A program made the translations under genes and the position numbers. From Magallana gigas (lineage: Eukaryota), in NCBI RefSeq assembly GCF_963853765.1, contig NC_088858.1:39184001-39248000 (forward strand): 64,000 nt of DNA, in the 5' to 3' direction. This document shows, piece by piece, positions 60,301-64,000 of this stretch (its first letter is position 1; each line of letters starts with the position of its first letter). The notes beneath the pieces are model-generated. The model searched no databases and was not told where the DNA came from. It saw nothing but the letters and a program-made list of their open reading frames with translations.

Positions 60301-62274
60301 TAACTGCATGAGACATCAACAAGGGGTGGGGTTAATACCCTAGAAGGCACTGTATTATTACCGGTAAATAAGTTATAATGCATATTCCAAAAATAATATG
60401 TAAACGGTGTGACCGTTGGACAGAGCCCAGATTTAACACAGTGCATTTTGATTTTTGTATAATAAAATCTATTTAAAACACACACAGTAGGATCCGCCAG
60501 CATGGTTGACTATATACTCAAATCATTCATCAAAGTTAAACTAAACGTCGCATGCTCAGTCTTCATTATGACGTCATATTTCAGACGTAAAACGTTCAAG
60601 TTTTGTCTTCGGAAATAGCCGAAGAGAGTTACGTGATTTCAATTTTTTTTTCATTTCTTCTTTTGTAGTACATCAATTTAATTCATATGAATGCCGCTGC
60701 AATAAAATTGAATACCTTATTCAGTATCTAAGAGATCAATTCCTTGACGTTAATTTTTTTATTTTCTATCTGATAATTTGATAAGACATACATAGAACAA
60801 GTCGTGTTTCTTGATTAAAACACTTTTGAAACTTATCTGGTTTCCTTTTTAATTTCTTTAATTTGAATCACCTTCTATTGAAACACTGGAACTTATTTAA
60901 TCGAGTCTAGGGGCAATAAACATCGATAAGTACCAGTCAATCAATGATCGAACTAACTTTTTAAAAACAAAATGGCTGCCAATATGGCGGCGCCCAGGGC
61001 TGGAAGAATTTTTTTTGGGCCTTAGTACCCCTGATTCAACTTTCATTTTTCACTGATTTTCTTATATATACGTGTTACCATTAATCCTCGTTACGCGAGG
61101 CGGGCGAAGCCCGCCTCTCGCTGCGCTTGGTATAAATATGTATGTGGTAAGTCGGGATTCTGAAGAATAATAAGGTTATTATTCATGAAAAAGATTGAGG
61201 TTAGGTGTGTGGTAGTTGATATGCCTTGTACATGTACTTGTGAAAAGTTGTCCCATACATAACCAAGTTTCCATTACACTGCAGAATCTGATTTTGGAAA
61301 ACAATTGAAAAGTTTTCACTAAATGATCAAAAGACCTCTCCCTAGCATCAGATTTTAACACTCAGGGCCAATGAATTTCACAATTCTGGTAGAGGGTTCC
61401 ATGCTTTTCCTAACCCATGTACCCAGTTTGTACCTAGATTGCATGCTAGATGTCTATGTAGGAATAGAAATGAAGATAATAAAAAAAATGGAGTGTTTTC
61501 ACTGCATGGTTACGATAATAAAACCATTCCCTAACACAAAAACTCCCTGATTCATTGGTAATGAGTTCACAAATTTAGAAGTATCCTTTGTGCTGAACAT
61601 CTACATCAGAACCCACAGGTTTTCTATCCGTTACACTGCTTTCAAAGTTGAAAGCAGCGTATCAGATAGAAAACCTGTAGATGTAATGCCGAAGAAGAAA
61701 TATCTCAAACATACAAAGTTGTAAAACAAAATTATTTTTCTTTATGACAAGTTTAATTTGATTCTTCTCACCCTTCTTCAAGTGCCTCCTCAGAAACAAG
61801 GGATGGTAATCTGAAGCATAATCTTGTTGGGATTTTATTGAAGAACTGACACTGTCTCTGCCTTCTATGTTGTTTAATAGTTCCCTTTATCTGAGTAAGA
61901 TAAGAGAGATGAAGTTACTGTATAAATTAATATTATGTCTCTCAGTCCAGATAAATCTTAAATATAAGTTAAAATTTGATATGATTTGATATGTCCAAAC
62001 AGACAGGGCTGTTGATGGATATATTTTTACCCTTTTCAATCAATTGCACGTCAAAATGGTATCCTTTTAATTAAGATGAACGGTAAATATAAGGAATAAG
62101 TCATTAGCATCAAAAGTTTTATAGCAATTTATTTTTTGCGACATGTGCATTTTCAAGGCGCACAAATTCTAAGTCATTACACGATTAAATTTTTTTTACT
62201 GTGGATCAAAAGTAAGTATATAACGTTTTGCATACTTCTCTGTTGTATAACTTTTTAAGAATGCTACAAGCCAT
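54371..62274 (-). CDS. DCAF15: DDB1- and CUL4-associated factor 15, 747 aa, 13 exons
   Basis: Exons 62274-62236, 61890-61772, 60075-59925, 59404-59298, 58482-58382, 58230-57124, 56580-56483, 56272-56147, 55933-55842, 55664-55606, 55274-55199, 54783-54671 and 54426-54371 (2244 nt, all in phase). Motifs match human DCAF15 as recalled: KIPTRLCFRL..LVSEE...GHVFLGFTKCGQFVVSY, CEWPSD, WGHRY..F.NYD, AWNLSTG..ET..GDLTE, RYVN.LSNE. Confidence 0.92.
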
Positions 62275-62522
62275 CGTTTAATCTTTAAATGATCATATTG
62301 AAGAAATCTTTTGTCGTCTGAGCGCTTTCGGGTTATGTCGTTGTTAGCACAGCGCTTATCTCCTTCTGATAAAAAAAGCTTAAAGTAAACGCAGATATGA
62401 TTGAGATCCTCCAAAATAAATTCATACAGAACTCGGAGCAATTTCCGGAATATAGACAAATGTGAAAAGAAAGCCAGGAAAGGTCATATACCGGTGTTTT
62501 ATGTAATTTCTTTAACTAAAAC
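62275..62522. promoter_or_regulatory. Bidirectional promoter/5' UTRs between DCAF15 and NDUFAF3
   Basis: The two ATGs diverge 248 bp apart. The palindromic ETS-like TTCCGGAA lies at 62443-62450. Confidence 0.7.
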
Positions 62523-63765
62523 ATGTCTCATTCAAGATTCGGCCTTCTTTGTAGAAAAGTAATCACAAGTCACATGAGGTAAGTTCTGTTTGTATCGTTA
62601 TATGTGTCACGTTACGAATTACGAAAACGCTCTGACAATATCAGCAACTGTAATTTACAGTGTAAACCTCACGCAGGCGCTTGTTTCCTACTGAGTCTGT
62701 AGGCTTAATTACTACAAACCAAAATTGTTTTTAATAGATAAGCTTTCATACACAAGCGCCGGTGCTGTATACATTGCGAATAGTTACCTGTTAACATCTA
62801 TGATCATTTTAAGTTCAAATCAATTGATAAATAAATTCAATATGCATAATAAGGTAGCTGCAGGTCTGTAGCCCTGGTCTGAAAATAATTAGGGTGGACG
62901 ACCTGGGAGCTACAGTGCTACCCATTGAAAAAATTGTGTATTTAAAATTTATTGCGTAGAAAAACATGTGCTAGCTTTGGACTGATTGACCTTATTTATA
63001 CACAATTCTTTAAAAACAGTACCATTAAATTCTTCATGCAATTCACTTACTGATATCGTCATTTTACTTGCCTCAGACATTCTCCGAAACATGCTACCGA
63101 CCTCGGAAAATCAAGTATGTTGAATTTACATCAAGACTGAGAGTCGCCATTTTACATGTAAACAAACTGTACCTCTTCATTTTAAGGGGCTAATGATGGG
63201 GGTGTTAAAAGATTATCAAAGGCAAGTAAAGAGACAATTTCTGTAGTAAATTGCATAAAGAATTTATTGGTACAAAGTGTTTTCACAGAATTTGTGTATA
63301 AATAAGGTTAATTAGTAAAAAAAAAAAAACTTGCGCACGTTTTTCTCCGCAATAATTACACAATTTTTTCAATGGGTGGCACAGTTGTAGCTCCCAGGTC
63401 GTCCATCCGATTTTTTTCAGACCGGGAGCTACAGACCTGCAGCTAACAATAAGGTTGTTTTATTTCATCATCATTCAGTGAGAAATTGCTTAAAATCTAG
63501 CAGCTAAATCATTACGACCATGATTATATTATTAGCCAAATAATAGAGTCCTCTGAAATATTGTATTGTTTACAGGCAATGTGCTCGCTGGGACCAGACA
63601 AGCACAGTGAATGCTTCCAAGGTGACCCTGAACTTACTAAGTGACCACATAGCTGACCACATTATGATTAAGTCCTTCAGCCAGTCAGGTTTCCTCCTAC
63701 ACAATGATGACATTAGAATCATCGGTCCAGCTGTATTCTTCCCCAGGGAGGTTCTACATTGGAAT
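62523..63765 (+). CDS. NDUFAF3: NADH dehydrogenase complex I assembly factor 3 (Mth938 domain), first two exons; the gene continues beyond the window
   Basis: Exons 62523-62578 (presequence-like MSHSRFGLLCRKVITSHMR) and 63576-63765. KVTLNLL...IMIKSFSQSGFLLHNDDIRIIGPAVFFPREVLHWN aligns with the NDUFAF3 pattern MYIDSYNSRGF.ING.RVLGPCALLP.SVVQWNV. Confidence 0.88.
62853..63447. mobile_element. 595-bp MITE with ~85-bp TIRs in NDUFAF3 intron 1
   Basis: GGTAGCTGCAGGTCTGTAGC...GACGACCTGGGAGCTACA...ACCCATTGAAAAAATTGTGT and its inverted copy. It is flanked by AATAA on both sides (possible TSD). Confidence 0.8.
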
Positions 63766-64000
63766 GTACGGTTTAAGTTTCATGCATTAATGTGCTGTTG
63801 TTATCTTGTCAATAAAGGGGCATGGTTGCAATTTGATTTAATTTTTTTTTTCAAATTTTATTTTTTTACAATACTTCACTAAAGGTTCATGTATTTCTAA
63901 TATTTAACAAAAATTTGAATGAGTTGTCAAGTTATACACATGCAATTTACAATTCTTTGCTATGTAAACAATACATGAATTCGAATCCCACCAGGGCTTT

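Noticed and set aside
60300-60503. ORF MLADPTV... as DCAF15 exon 1
   Set aside because: It has no phase-2 donor to join the GHVFLGF exon. Exons 62274-62236 and 61890-61772 give the correct phase and much better homology.
63970-64000. GAATTCGAATCCCACC as a tRNA gene
   Set aside because: Only a T-loop/B-box-like fragment is present at the window edge, with no upstream acceptor or D-arm pairing. At most it is a SINE remnant.

Overview
AT-rich, intron-containing animal DNA, most likely an oyster-type bivalve (Crassostrea/Magallana-like). That assignment is inferred from a ~166-bp satellite inside a Helentron and from abundant MITEs. Genes were reconstructed by hand with GT-AG junctions and consistent phases. 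In order they are: a Fos/ATF3-family bZIP (+), serine palmitoyltransferase small subunit (+), three tandem divergent calmodulin-like genes (+), GFM2 (-), two paralogous ~980-aa orphan disordered proteins (-), DCAF15 (-), and the first two exons of NDUFAF3 (+), head-to-head with DCAF15. Two tandem duplications shape the window. One copied a calmodulin-like gene plus the 3' part of GFM2, leaving a deleted GFM2 pseudogene and a calmodulin-like pair with 25 amino-acid-changing versus 5 silent codon differences. The other copied the orphan gene, whose promoters carry clusters of CRE sites and whose C-terminal regions look homogenised. Other notable items are a 61-bp foldback element with a 10-bp TSD that places a hairpin and a uORF just upstream of the SPTSSA start codon, and a young LINE whose empty site is visible in the paralogous copy. 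No tRNA/rRNA genes or CRISPR arrays are supported. The functional ideas below are hypotheses; no searches were run.
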